64,000 nucleotides of DNA from Escherichia coli. Its GTDB lineage: Bacteria; Pseudomonadota; Gammaproteobacteria; Enterobacterales; Enterobacteriaceae. The position numbers and the translations under genes are program-made. The stretch lies in NCBI RefSeq assembly GCF_050320075.1, contig NZ_CP190019.1; one strand, given 5' to 3'. The notes under the pieces are model-generated. The model was not told the DNA's origin, did no database searches, and was given only the letters and a program-made list of their open reading frames with translations. This document shows positions 12,498-23,375 of the stretch, piece by piece; positions within the stretch are counted from its first letter, which is position 1, and every line of letters starts with the position of its first letter.

Positions 12498-13887
12498 TCA
12501 CCTTTTACCAAAGATGGCCTCAGAGCTTCCCTGAAGCTTTATCATGGCTTCAAGTAGGTCATCTTCGTTCAGTGAGCGCTGAGATTTGTTGATGCTAGGG
12601 GCGTGCCGTCTGCGGGAAGGCTCATCACCAGAACAAGGTAACGATTGTGAGCGATTATTGTCCCGTTTTCTCTGGACCTGACGGGCAACATCCAACACAT
12701 GGCCAAGTCTCTTGTTATCTACAATGGCGACGGGATCAACCTCAGAAAGCCGGTCATAGGTGGAGTAGGGCAGCAGCACGCCATTTAGTCGCAGCTCCTT
12801 ATGTCCGTCAGGATAATGCCAGACATCAATATACTTGCCGATGGCTCTTCGACTGTACTCGTTGTCCTCAATCAGATAGAGCATTTTATCGTATTGTACA
12901 GTCAGATTTTTTGATACCCGGCGAGGCTCTCGCTAGGTAAATTCTGCATCAAGGTCATCGTCTAATGCCAGCGGCCGGTGCGCGTTAAAATCATGCAAGG
13001 GTTCTTTGGCAAAGCGCCGGTTATAATCCTTCTGCAAATGCATTGGCCGCTTCTATTGTACAGATCCCCTTAAGCCTGAGCTCCTTAACGAGTCGGTCCT
13101 GAAGTGTCAAATGAGCACGTTCAACGCGGCCTTTTGCCTGGCTGGTTTCAGCACACAAAGGAGTAATATTAAGGCAGCGCATGGCCCTGGCAAACTGGGT
13201 TTCGCCGGGGCCGGTGGTGGCGTGCTTATTATTGACTCTGAATACGCTGGCTTTATCGCTGTAGAGGATCATCGGTTTACCGTATTTCTCGATATAGCCA
13301 CGTGTAGCTTCAAAATAGGTAAATGTGGACTCAGATTTCACAAACAGCAGGTGCATCAGGCGACTGGTGGCATCGTCAACATAGACCAGGGCAGAACAGG
13401 GTCGACCCCGGTTTTCAAACCAGTGGTGGTCGCAGCCATCAATTTGTATCAGCTCGCCAGTACAAGGACGCCGGTAACGAGGCTGATGAATTTTCGGTGC
13501 GCGTTGTCTGCGGGGAATCCAGAGTCCGGCCTTTATCATGAGACGTCGGATGGTTTCCTTTCCAAGGACCAGACCGTGAACTTCCTCCAGCTTTTCCCGC
13601 GCTAGCGTGGGGCCAAAATCACGGTAGTGCTCCCGGATTATACTGAGTGCCTGATCTGTCAGTGACGCTGGCAACAGACGGTTACCAGTGCGGCCACGAC
13701 TCTGGTTGTTCATGCCAAGCGGCCCATACTGGCGATAACGTTTGAGCAGACGGCTGCAATGACGTGGCGTGATGCCCAGCATTTCGGCAGCCTGTCTAGG
13801 ACGGATATTGCGATCGATGACATCCTGAAGGATTTTGAGGCGATTGATTTCTTTCACGGTGAACATTCCGGCGTCATTTATAGCCAT
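12498..13887 (-). pseudogene. DDE transposase pseudogene (ISNCY/IS1202-like; family uncertain), frameshifted
   Basis: 288-aa ORF (13021..13887) with HTH N-terminus and integrase-core region, followed out of frame by a 128-aa ORF (12498..12884); together about the size of one transposase. Confidence 0.45.
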
Positions 13888-14194
13888 AGAAAACTCCTCA
13901 TCAGGAAAAAGTGAGTCGTTGTCTAGACATAGGGATCTGAGAAACTATAGCCTGGACATTCCTAATGAGCCACAAATAGACATTAGCATTGAGCCTCTAC
14001 AATGTTTGTGCGCACAATCTATCTTATGTTAAATAACATTGAATATTAACTTACTTCATGAAGCTTACTGCTTCTATTTCCACTTCTTTTTCTTATTAAT
14101 CGCTCCCCTAATCCACGCATTCATCTGCTCTACAGGCTCTAAAATATTTTTTCTGAGTACTGAGCACAAACTGCTCCATAAAAAACAGACCACA

Positions 14195-14350
14195 AGTTTG
14201 GGCATGATACTGATGTAGTCACGTTTTATTGTTTTCATGAAGCTCTCTGCTATTCCATTACTCACCGGACTCCGCACCGCCGTGTTCTTCGATTTAAGTC
14301 CCAACATCCGAGCGAACTGGCGTGTTTCATTAACCCGGTAGTCAGAGTCA
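14195..14350 (-). mobile_element. IS2-like fragment (about 150 bp homologous to the IS2 orfB 3' region)
   Basis: Internal comparison: 14200-14350 aligns with 17095-17245 of the intact IS2 in this window (GTTTGGGCATGATACTGATGTAGTCACG…); homology ends abruptly. Confidence 0.5.
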
Positions 14351-14523
14351 GCGGTCGAAAGACCTCCCAGGTAGCTACTCTGCATACCCACTATAATGCA
14401 ACTATTCTCGTGACGTGTGTTTCAGCTCTCCCCCGGCTATGATACGAGATGGTATGGAGAGCCCTTCTGGGGCCACTGCCTGCACCAGATGCAACAGGAC
14501 GCCTGATATGAATGCAATTTCTG

Positions 14524-15717
14524 TCAGGACAGGCGGGTAACTTTCTGTGGCCATGGATCAGGGAATACTCCACCCGACATCCACCACTGAATTTCTTCTT
14601 CAGTCAACAAGCAAAGGGATAAGGCATGTGTAAAATCATTAACTTCAGTGGCATTGCCAATGATAGTCAACTGACAGCAGCGATCGCCAAATCGCCCAGA
14701 GGCTGTGTCGATGTGTCGCTGTAGCGCTGAACGTTCTTCACGAGTTAAATTATTGTCAGTATGTTCCAGTACTCCAGCTTTCCAGTAGCCAATGAGCGCC
14801 AGACTGATGCTTCCTGCTGACTGATTCCAGAGCAGGGCAAGATCATCTCTCCCGGGGAGCCAAAAAAAACCTTTACTGCGATAAACGCCCATGCCCATAA
14901 AGCGGTGACAGGTATCCCATAATCTTTGCGGATGGAATGGCCTGTCGTCCCTGATGACGCGCCATATAAGTTCCTCATTGTTGCACGGAGTATCCATGTT
15001 TCCTACAAGTGCTTCCAGTTCACTGATGAGTAACTCAACACGGTCAAAATTGTAGTCCGGGATCGCCAGTAATGTGCTCAGTTCAATATTTCCCCATGAT
15101 ACCGCGAGCACATCCACGGAGGGGTTAAGTGGGTGTATGGCTTTTGCCACAGCGGAGATAATGTCAAAGGGCAGGCGGTCATTTCTGGTCAGCAGCAGCC
15201 TGTTGCAGAACATGATTTGCTCGGCCAGCAAATTCTCCAGGCCGCGTTTGTTATGCCGGAGATTTTCCTGAAGAGTGGGGATCAGTTTTTTCCCATCATT
15301 GTAATCTTCATGGAGCATGACAGTATCAACGAGTGTTAAAAACGCCTTCAGGCGTACACGTGAATGGCGACGCAGGTATTTGACCAGAGGAAGCGGATGA
15401 CTGCTTCCGGAGGTTTCAATCAGCATCACATCCGGCTTGTTGTGATCAAGCAGGTGGTTAATTGCGAGATCCATCTTTTTGAGGCCTGCGGGGCTGCTGA
15501 TGCTGTCTGCGGTGATACTTACGAAATTATTGTCTTTTGCATCTACAATATCTGTGTTGGCGATCAGCACGCCGTCCACATCCAGTTCGCTCATGTCATT
15601 GACTATGACAGAGACTGAAAGCTGTTTTTCGTGTGCCTGTATGAGCAGGTTTTTCAGCAGAGTGGTTTTCCCTGCGCCGAGGAAGCCATTGAGAATGATG
15701 ACAGATGTTGTTTCCAT
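14524..15717 (-). CDS. COG0523/CobW-like (G3E family) P-loop GTPase, divergent
   Basis: Walker A GFLGAGKTTLL after probable start at internal Met (METTSVIIL, 15717); overall architecture resembles CobW/YjiA-type GTPases; the expected CxCC metal motif appears replaced (SITADSISS). Confidence 0.55.
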   Translation of the reverse strand: METTSVIILNGFLGAGKTTLLKNLLIQAHEKQLSVSVIVNDMSELDVDGVLIANTDIVDAKDNNFVSITADSISSPAGLKKMDLAINHLLDHNKPDVMLIETSGSSHPLPLVKYLRRHSRVRLKAFLTLVDTVMLHEDYNDGKKLIPTLQENLRHNKRGLENLLAEQIMFCNRLLLTRNDRLPFDIISAVAKAIHPLNPSVDVLAVSWGNIELSTLLAIPDYNFDRVELLISELEALVGNMDTPCNNEELIWRVIRDDRPFHPQRLWDTCHRFMGMGVYRSKGFFWLPGRDDLALLWNQSAGSISLALIGYWKAGVLEHTDNNLTREERSALQRHIDTASGRFGDRCCQLTIIGNATEVNDFTHALSLCLLTEEEIQWWMSGGVFPDPWPQKVTRLS

Positions 15718-16451
15718 ATCAGCAGTACACCAGTTAGTTAGCGAGGAAGGCGCTTGGTGGTACAAAGAGCATCCGGATTGAATCGCATAACGTCGACGGG
15801 AGTTGTTGTCGTTTTTCCTGTGAGGTCTCAACCTGCCACAGAACGCACCGGACTTATTGGTATTTAGTCTCCATCAGCATAATTATCACCATTTTTATCT
15901 CCGGGGGAAGATTTGTTCTGAACAGGAGTGGGAGGTGTGACCTCCTGAAAGTAATTACAGATTGCTAGTTGTTGTATTTTTATTCGAATATGTCTCTTCG
16001 TATCAGTGATAGCACCTAGATAAAGTATATTCCGGGAGCGTTATCTGTTCTAGATATCAGAGAGTCAGTCATTTGTAAAAAAGAGAGCTGCATCATTCTA
16101 TTTTTCCTGTCTATTCACCCTGTTGTCGTATCTAAAAGACATCCGTTCCGAGGATGTCGGGCACCCGTTCTGTACTAAGATACATAGCTTTTGGGTCTGC
16201 ACTATTTGGAACCGACAGAAGTCTGTCTGTGATATCCGCATTTTTCTGTGTGCGATATATTCCGAAAAACTTCAAACCACTTAAAAGAGGTGTTTCCGGA
16301 GGATAAGTTCGACCAGGGAATAGTGTTTCCTGGTAAGTGTGGCGGAGCCAGTTCACCAGGAGTATCTTTCTTATCCAGTTATACTGGATTTTATTAGATG
16401 ATCACCCTACCCTGCAGCAGTACGCTGACGGTGTTTTTTTGGAGAACCATT

Positions 16452-16928
16452 ATGAATAACGTCATCTTTGATTGGTATTTATCTAGGCAAAAATTCATTC
16501 AACGTCCACTGCCAAGATGCAACAGGCAGAGTCCTTAACTGTCAGAATCCAAGTGCTCGAAATTATTCGAATTCCTTACTAATTCCTCCTACACAACTAT
16601 TGTTATGGAAGCTTGCGAAGATGCTCACTATATGGCACGGAAATTTTCGGAAATGCGTCATAAAACAAAGCTAATACCTCCTCATTTTGTCCAACCCTTC
16701 GTTAAAATTAATAAAAATGATTTCTTTGAGGCTGAAACCATATGTGAAGTTACATCAAGCCATCAATGAGATTTGTAGCATTAGGAGCTGAATCCCAGCA
16801 GAGGATTCCACTTTTCATCCGTCGTTGACAATGGCCTTGAAAAACGCCGTTACTCACCGTTCTCCTTCACGGTAATACGCAGTTATAGTTGCAGAGCAAT
16901 GTAATGGATCTTTTATATTAAGAAATTG
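16452..16928 (+). pseudogene. IS110-family transposase N-terminal remnant (frameshifted, truncated by IS2)
   Basis: IGIYLGKNSFNVHCQDATGRVL… then, in another frame, VMEACEDAHYMARKFSEMRHKTKLIPPHFVQP…; typical IS110-family N-terminus. Confidence 0.45.
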
Positions 16929-16939
16929 TGGATTTGCCC

Positions 16940-17845
16940 CTATATTTCCAGACATCTGTTATCACTTAACCCATTACAAGCCCGCTGCCGCAGATATTCC
17001 CGTGGCGAGCGATAACCCAGCGCACTATGCGGATGCCATTCGTTATAATGCTCGAACGCCTCTGCAAGGTTCTTTGCTGCCGTTAACCCGTCTGGTTTGG
17101 GCATGATACTGATGTAGTCACGCTTTATCGTTTTCACGAAGCTCTCTGCTATGCCGTTACTCTCCGGACTCCGCATCGCCGTGTTCTTCGGTTCAAGCCC
17201 CAACATCCGGGCAAACTGCCGTGTTTCATTAGCCCGGTAGCATGAACCATTATCCGTCAGCCACTCTACTGGAGACGCCGGAAGCTCGTTGCCGAAGCGG
17301 CGTTCCACCGCTCCCAGCATGACGTCCTGTACTGTTTCACTGTTGAAGCCGCCCGTAGTAACCGCCCAGTGCAGTGCCTCACGGTCACAGCAGTCCAGCG
17401 CGAACGTGACTCGCAGTTTTTCTCCGTTATCACAGCGGAACTCGAACCCGTCAGAGCACCATCGCTGATTACTTTCTTTCACAGCCACTCTGCCTGTATG
17501 TGCCCGTTTCGATGGCGGTACAGCAGGTTTTCGCTCAAGCAACAGCGCATTCTGGCGCATGATCCGGTAAACACGTTTGGCATTGATCGCAGGCATACCA
17601 TCAAGTTCTGCCTGTCTGCGAAGCAGCGCCCATACCCGACGATAACCATACGTGGGCAGCTCTCCGATAACATGGTGTATACGGAGAAGCACATCCGTAT
17701 CATCAGTGTGACGACTGCGGCGGCCATCCATCCAGTCATCGGTTCGTCTGAGAATGACGTGCAACTGCGCACGCGACACCCGGAGACAACGGCTGACTAA
17801 GCTTACTCCCCATCCCCGGGCAATAAGGGCGCGTGCGCTATCCAC
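16940..17845 (-). CDS. insD: IS2 OrfB (InsD, 301 aa)
   Basis: [46 protein letters not shown]… with DDE integrase core. Confidence 0.85.
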   Translation of the reverse strand: MDSARALIARGWGVSLVSRCLRVSRAQLHVILRRTDDWMDGRRSRHTDDTDVLLRIHHVIGELPTYGYRRVWALLRRQAELDGMPAINAKRVYRIMRQNALLLERKPAVPPSKRAHTGRVAVKESNQRWCSDGFEFRCDNGEKLRVTFALDCCDREALHWAVTTGGFNSETVQDVMLGAVERRFGNELPASPVEWLTDNGSCYRANETRQFARMLGLEPKNTAMRSPESNGIAESFVKTIKRDYISIMPKPDGLTAAKNLAEAFEHYNEWHPHSALGYRSPREYLRQRACNGLSDNRCLEI

Positions 17846-18221
17846 TTTTTTGCCCGTCCATATTCAACGGCTTCTTTGATTCTTTGAGGAGTTCATTTTC
17901 CATCGTTTTCTTGCCGAGCAGGCGCTGGAGTTCTTTAATCTGCTTCATGGCGGCAGCAAGTTCAGAGGCAGGAACAACCTGTTCTCCGGCGGCGACAGCA
18001 GTAAGACTTCCTTCCTGGTATTGCTTACACCAGAGAAATAACTGGCTGGCTGCTACACCATGTTGCCGGGCAACGAGGGAGACCGTCATCCCCGGTTCAA
18101 AGCTCTGCTGAACAATTGCGATCTTTTCCTGTGTGGTACGCCGTCTGCGTTTCTCCGGCCCTAAGACATCAATCATCTGTTCTCCAATGACTAGTCTAAA
18201 AACTAGTATTAAGACTATCAC
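17838..18221 (-). CDS. insC: IS2 OrfA (InsC) with altered C-terminus caused by 8-bp insertion
   Basis: [40 protein letters not shown]… but ends …[17 protein letters not shown] instead of the recalled canonical …[14 protein letters not shown]…. Confidence 0.7.
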   Translation of the reverse strand: MIVLILVFRLVIGEQMIDVLGPEKRRRRTTQEKIAIVQQSFEPGMTVSLVARQHGVAASQLFLWCKQYQEGSLTAVAAGEQVVPASELAAAMKQIKELQRLLGKKTMENELLKESKKPLNMDGQKSG

Positions 18222-18787
18222 TTATTTAAGTGATACTGGTTGTCTGGAGATTCAGGGGGCCAGTCTAAGGTGCACGAATCCTAGAGGCAGAATGTTTCTC
18301 CACATGCTTGTGGAGAAACCGCCGCATTTTGCCCGTTCTGTACGATACACCGTAGCCAGAGATAAGATATTCTGTTGCTGTATGCTACATACATTACACT
18401 ATACGAAATCAGGTCTGTTCAATCAGTAAGGAAATAAACGGACAAACGTTATGTAACCCAGACAGAGATATATTGTCTGGGAAAATAGTGGCTTTTGTGG
18501 CGAAAACTAGTAAAACAGCAACCCGAACCACTTGATGTGCATCGTTTTTGATTATTCCCGTATACTCTTGCAGAAGGAGTTCTCCGTCGGGCTACTGTCA
18601 TGGTTAATGCGGGGAATATGGCGACAATACAACATACCTAAAAGAGTAATGGACAGATGAAGCGGTTTATTCATTTCCCATGATTCTGAGTACCTACCAA
18701 GTCTGAGTAACCACTTTTATACTTTTAATTTTCGTTCATTTAGCTATCGTTTAATTATTATCACATAGGATTCTGCCGTTTTTAACA

Positions 18788-19096
18788 ATGCAGGATAATA
18801 AGATGAAAAAAATGTTATTTTCTGCCGCTCTGGCAATGCTTATTACAGGATGTGCTCAACAAACGTTTACTGTTGGAAACAAACCGACAGCAGTAACACC
18901 AAAGGAAACCATCACTCATCATTTCTTCGTTTCGGGAATTGGACAAGAGAAAACTGTTGATGCAGCCAAAATTTGTGGCGGTGCAGAAAATGTTGTTAAA
19001 ACAGAAACTCAGCAAACATTCGTAAATGGATTGCTCGGTTTTATCACTTTTGGCATCTATACTCCGCTGGAAGCCCGGGTATATTGCTCACAATAG
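18788..19096 (+). CDS. iss: Iss (increased serum survival; Bor-family lipoprotein)
   Basis: MQDNKMKKMLFSAALAMLITGCAQQTF… lipobox LITGC; about 100 aa; classic ColV-plasmid gene. Confidence 0.85.
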   Translation: MQDNKMKKMLFSAALAMLITGCAQQTFTVGNKPTAVTPKETITHHFFVSGIGQEKTVDAAKICGGAENVVKTETQQTFVNGLLGFITFGIYTPLEARVYCSQ

Positions 19097-19955
19097 TTGC
19101 CCATCGATATGGGGAGCTCATCTGCACTGTTCATTAATATACTTCTGGGCTCCCTACAGTTGTTTTTGCATAGTGATAAGCCTCTCTCTGAGGGAGGAAA
19201 TAATCCTGTTCAGCGATGTCTGCCAGTCGGGGGGGCTGCATTATCCACGCCCGAGGCGGTGGTGGCTTCACGCGGGGATGGGCAGATTGATCTGATATGC
19301 AACCGACGACGACCAGCGGCAACATCATCACGCAGAGCTTCATTTTCAGATTTGGGCCACCTTTTGATTTCTCGTTTAACTTTTGCAGTCACCAGACTGT
19401 GATTTATTTTAACAAATCAATAGCTTTCATAAAATTCTCGAAGCTGAAAGCTTAACTGAACCAACCAGCCTGGCTGGTGTTTTCTAAAGACAAAAAGGCC
19501 ATCAGCAAAACACTGATAGTCTGAATCACCTTTATCAATCATGTATGAAGAAAATATGCGCAATTAGTTGACAGTGATTATCATTTTCATTAAAAAGAGC
19601 GCGTAGCATTCTTATTTCATGAGGAAATTTACCCGCCAACAACCTGAGTAGCGAAAGCTGTTCATCCCCAATATTTTTGCTGGCGGGTTCTTTTTTCTAC
19701 TGTCCTCCTCCCCAGAGGAAGCATTCCCATTAATCATTACTGGCGAGGAGGCAAGAGAAAAAGTCGGTTCTTTGTCCCTAAATAACAGCATCATTTCAGT
19801 CCATGCAAAATCTGATTTACCAGCTCACATAATAACCTGATGATACACAGTGTAAGTTCACAGAGATATTGCAATTGCCTCCGGATAAGTAAGGGGAGAT
19901 TGCACTATGCAAATGCAGCACCTGAGGTTGGCTATCCTAAGCAGCCGATTATGCG

Positions 19956-21011
19956 TTGAGGCTTTCAGTGATGGCTGATATAGCAACAATGAGAATGAAG
20001 GCTCTGCACTTCTGGGATAAACACGGTATTTCTGCAGCTTCTGAAGCCTTTGGCGTATCCTGCCGCACGCTTTACTGGTGGCGTCAGTTACTGATCAAGG
20101 GAGGACCTGAGGGGCTAATCCCGCACAGTAAGGCACCTCTGGTGCGACGAAAAAAGCACTGGCATCCCGATGTGCTGAAAGAGATTCGACGCCTCAGGAC
20201 AGAGCTGCCGAACCTCGGTAAAGAGCAGATTTTTGTTCGCCTGAAGCCCTGGTGCGCATAACGCCATCAGACCTGCCCGAGTGTTTCCACCATCGGCAGA
20301 ATGATCGCCACCGCACACGATAAAATGCGGATGATACCAGTACGTCTGAGCTCGCGGGGTAAGGCTCTGCTTGTCAAAAAGCGAACCACCCCCCCCCCCC
20401 CCCGCAGGCCAAAGCACTACCGTCCGGTAAAGACAGGAGAGCTCATTGGGATGGACGCCATTGAGCTCAGAATGGGTGAAATGCGTCGCTATATCATTAC
20501 CATGATCGACGAACACAGCGATTATGTACTGGCGCTGGCTGTGCCGTCGCTCAACAGTGATATCGTCAATCACTTTTTCAGCCGTGCAGCCCGGCTGTTC
20601 CCTGTCGGTATCAGCCAGATCATCACAGATAACGGGAAAGAGTTCCTGGGAAGCTTTGACAAAACGCTGCAGGAAGCCGCCATCAAACACCTCTGGACCT
20701 ATCCCTACACGCCAAAAATGAACGCTATCTGTGAACGTTTTAACCGGGCATTAAGAGAGCAATTCATTGAATTTAATGAAATTTTACTCTTTGAGGATCT
20801 GGCGTTGTTTAACCTGAAACTGGCGGAATATCTGGCGCTGTATAACAGCAAAAGACTCCACAAGGCGCTCGCACTAACGACGCCCGTGGAATATATTTTA
20901 AAAGAGAACAAAAATTGCAATATGTGGTGGACCCATACACAGCAAACGCACAGGCCGCCCCGGTTGGGTAGATATGTGGGATGGCTGGTTCAGACTTCAG
21001 GATATGGTTGA
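19956..21011 (+). pseudogene. Transposase-like gene (HTH + integrase core), split into two ORFs, with a 15-C homopolymer
   Basis: ORFs 19956..20261 and 20301..21011; second has rve-like core (…DNGKEF…YTPKMNAICERFN…); poly-C at 20389..20403 encodes PPPP. Confidence 0.45.
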
Positions 21012-21782
21012 GGCTGGTGATGAAGTCTCTTTATCAGGAGATCTGATCAAGAGACAGCCGCGCAGGGGGATTCACTATGCTGGATTCTTTTAACAAATTC
21101 TCCGCTAACCAAAAAATAGACTTTTTGCATTCGTAAATGCGTTAAGAGATAATTTTTAAAGTTCCATCAATCTCCCGGCCAGTTCGTCTCGCGGCATTAC
21201 TCACTATCCGCACAACTTCAGTAAGATCATGACTTTTTCAATCGTTATCTGTTGACCAAGCTTTGAAACCACTAGCGTCCCGTCAACCTGACCTGGAATC
21301 GTCGAGAACCGCCCATAGTTGTGAATTGGCTAGAGTGTGATGGAAAGCAACGCTAAACGACCTAGTCACACATTCTCTTTTCCCTAACAATGACCATTTA
21401 GTGAAATAACGTATCCAAAATGATGACGTGAAAGCCTGATACTGGCAGCGAAAAGCCGAAAAAACTCACCTGGTCAGGAGCAAAAATCGGATTATTCGCC
21501 AACAGCGTAATATCAGCAGTAGTTCTCGACACGCTTGCGCTATAGACAGAGGATGAAACGCTGCTGGTCGGAGTTCTCTATACATTTTTGGCGACGGCAG
21601 AACCGCTCACCAATGCCTTAACGTCTATCAGCCTTCCGGTGAGTTGGAACAGCATGCTCAGCGTTTGCAAGATATTCTCCACGGTCTGTAGCAGCGTAGG
21701 TTTCAATTTAAATATCCCCAGATAGCCCTCTGGGAGCTTCCCTTTTTATTAAGTTTTAATTACCGTTGCAATAGTTAAATGA

Positions 21783-21805
21783 TATTGGTAATTATTATCA
21801 TTAGC
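21783..21805. promoter_or_regulatory. Putative Fur box upstream of iroB
   Basis: TATTGGTAATTATTATCATTAGC resembles the GATAATGATAATCATTATC Fur consensus; iro loci are iron-regulated. Confidence 0.4.
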
Positions 21806-22246
21806 ATTTGTGTCTGTGTTGTTTCTGGTAAGGCTGAAAGGGAACAAACATCGCCTGTACAACGGCGTTTTTACTTACAGACCAGCGAAGGCGAGACTAT
21901 CAGGATGATGCATCGTGTGTCTAAGAAATCACGGTTCTTTCCAGATTCGTTGTTCGGTCTAACACTGCACAAATGCGTCAGAACATCCCGGCGTAGCTGT
22001 CCGACGCCATTTGGGCTGTTCAACAGGACAATGGCGCGTAAGCGTTAATGGAAGTGGGGATACGGAGTTCCCTGTTCACCTGTGTATGTCACGGAAAAGT
22101 CTCTGACTGAGCTGTCCATAACGCTGGTGAAGCACAAATGGCGCAGCATCTGGTAAAGCAGGTTTAACGAAAAGTCGTGTCCTGCTGCTGGCATATGAGT
22201 GCGTCGACTGCCTGATTTAGATCGTCAAGCGGAGAGGGATTTTCTC

Positions 22247-23362
22247 ATGCGTATTTTGTTTGTAGGCCCGCCTCTCTATGGGCTGTTGTATCCTGTGCTG
22301 TCTCTGGCGCAGGCATTTCGCGTTAACGGTCATGAAGTGCTGATCGCCAGTGGAGGACAATTCGCACAAAAAGCGGCAGAGGCCGGGTTGGTGGTGTTTG
22401 ACGCCGCACCCGGTCTGGATTCCGAAGCTGGTTACCGCCACCATGAGGCACAGCGGAAAAAAAGTAATATCGGAACCCAAATGGGCAACTTCTCATTCTT
22501 CAGCGAAGAAATGGCCGACCATCTGGTGGAGTTTGCCGGACACTGGCGGCCTGACCTCATCATCTACCCTCCGCTCGGAGTCATCGGGCCGCTGATTGCC
22601 GCCAAATATGATATACCGGTCGTGATGCAAACCGTAGGCTTCGGCCATACCCCCTGGCATATCAAGGGTGTAACGCGTTCGCTCACGGACGCCTATCGTC
22701 GCCACAATGTGGGGGCCACACCACGTGATATGGCCTGGATCGACGTAACACCGCCGAGTATGAGCATTCTGGAAAACGACGGTGAACCCATTATTCCGAT
22801 GCAGTACGTCCCGTATAACGGTGGCGCGGTGTGGGAACCATGGTGGGAGAGAAGGCCCGAGCGTAAACGTCTGCTGGTGAGTCTCGGCACTGTCAAACCG
22901 ATGGTTGACGGCCTTGATCTAATCGCCTGGGTTATGGATTCTGCCAGTGAGGTCGATGCCGAGATCATCCTGCATATTTCAGCCAATGCGCGGTCCGATT
23001 TGCGCTCGCTGCCGTCAAATGTTCGCCTGGTTGACTGGATACCCATGGGTGTCTTCCTCAACGGCGCAGATGGTTTCATTCATCATGGCGGAGCAGGCAA
23101 TACCCTGACAGCGCTACACGCTGGTATTCCACAAATCGTCTTCGGCCAGGGAGCCGATCGCCCGGTAAATGCCCGCGTTGTTGCCGAACGCGGCTGCGGG
23201 ATTATCCCTGGCGACGTCGGCCTGTCGAGTAACATGATCAATGCTTTCCTCAACAATCGCTCACTTCGCAAAGCCTCTGAAGAGGTAGCAGCGGAAATGG
23301 CGGCGCAACCCTGCCCAGGTGAAGTGGCGAAAAGCCTGATCACAATGGTACAGAAAGGGTAA
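22247..23362 (+). CDS. iroB: IroB, enterobactin C-glucosyltransferase
   Basis: MRILFVGPPLYGLLYPVLSLAQAFRVNGHEVLIASGG… GT-family fold; first gene of iroBCDEN. Confidence 0.9.
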   Translation: MRILFVGPPLYGLLYPVLSLAQAFRVNGHEVLIASGGQFAQKAAEAGLVVFDAAPGLDSEAGYRHHEAQRKKSNIGTQMGNFSFFSEEMADHLVEFAGHWRPDLIIYPPLGVIGPLIAAKYDIPVVMQTVGFGHTPWHIKGVTRSLTDAYRRHNVGATPRDMAWIDVTPPSMSILENDGEPIIPMQYVPYNGGAVWEPWWERRPERKRLLVSLGTVKPMVDGLDLIAWVMDSASEVDAEIILHISANARSDLRSLPSNVRLVDWIPMGVFLNGADGFIHHGGAGNTLTALHAGIPQIVFGQGADRPVNARVVAERGCGIIPGDVGLSSNMINAFLNNRSLRKASEEVAAEMAAQPCPGEVAKSLITMVQKG

Positions 23363-23375
23363 CCACTACACCTTC

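Larger units (their letters stand above)
16929..18267 (-). mobile_element. IS2 (IS3 family), 1339 bp = 1331 bp + 8-bp insertion
   Basis: Ends TGGATTTGCCCCTATATTTCCAGAC… and …TGTCTGGAGATTCAGGGGGCCAGTCTA; orfA and orfB present. Confidence 0.85.

Noticed and set aside
20115-20690. 191-aa minus-strand ORF
   Set aside because: Antisense to the transposase-like gene and spans the poly-C tract; no independent support
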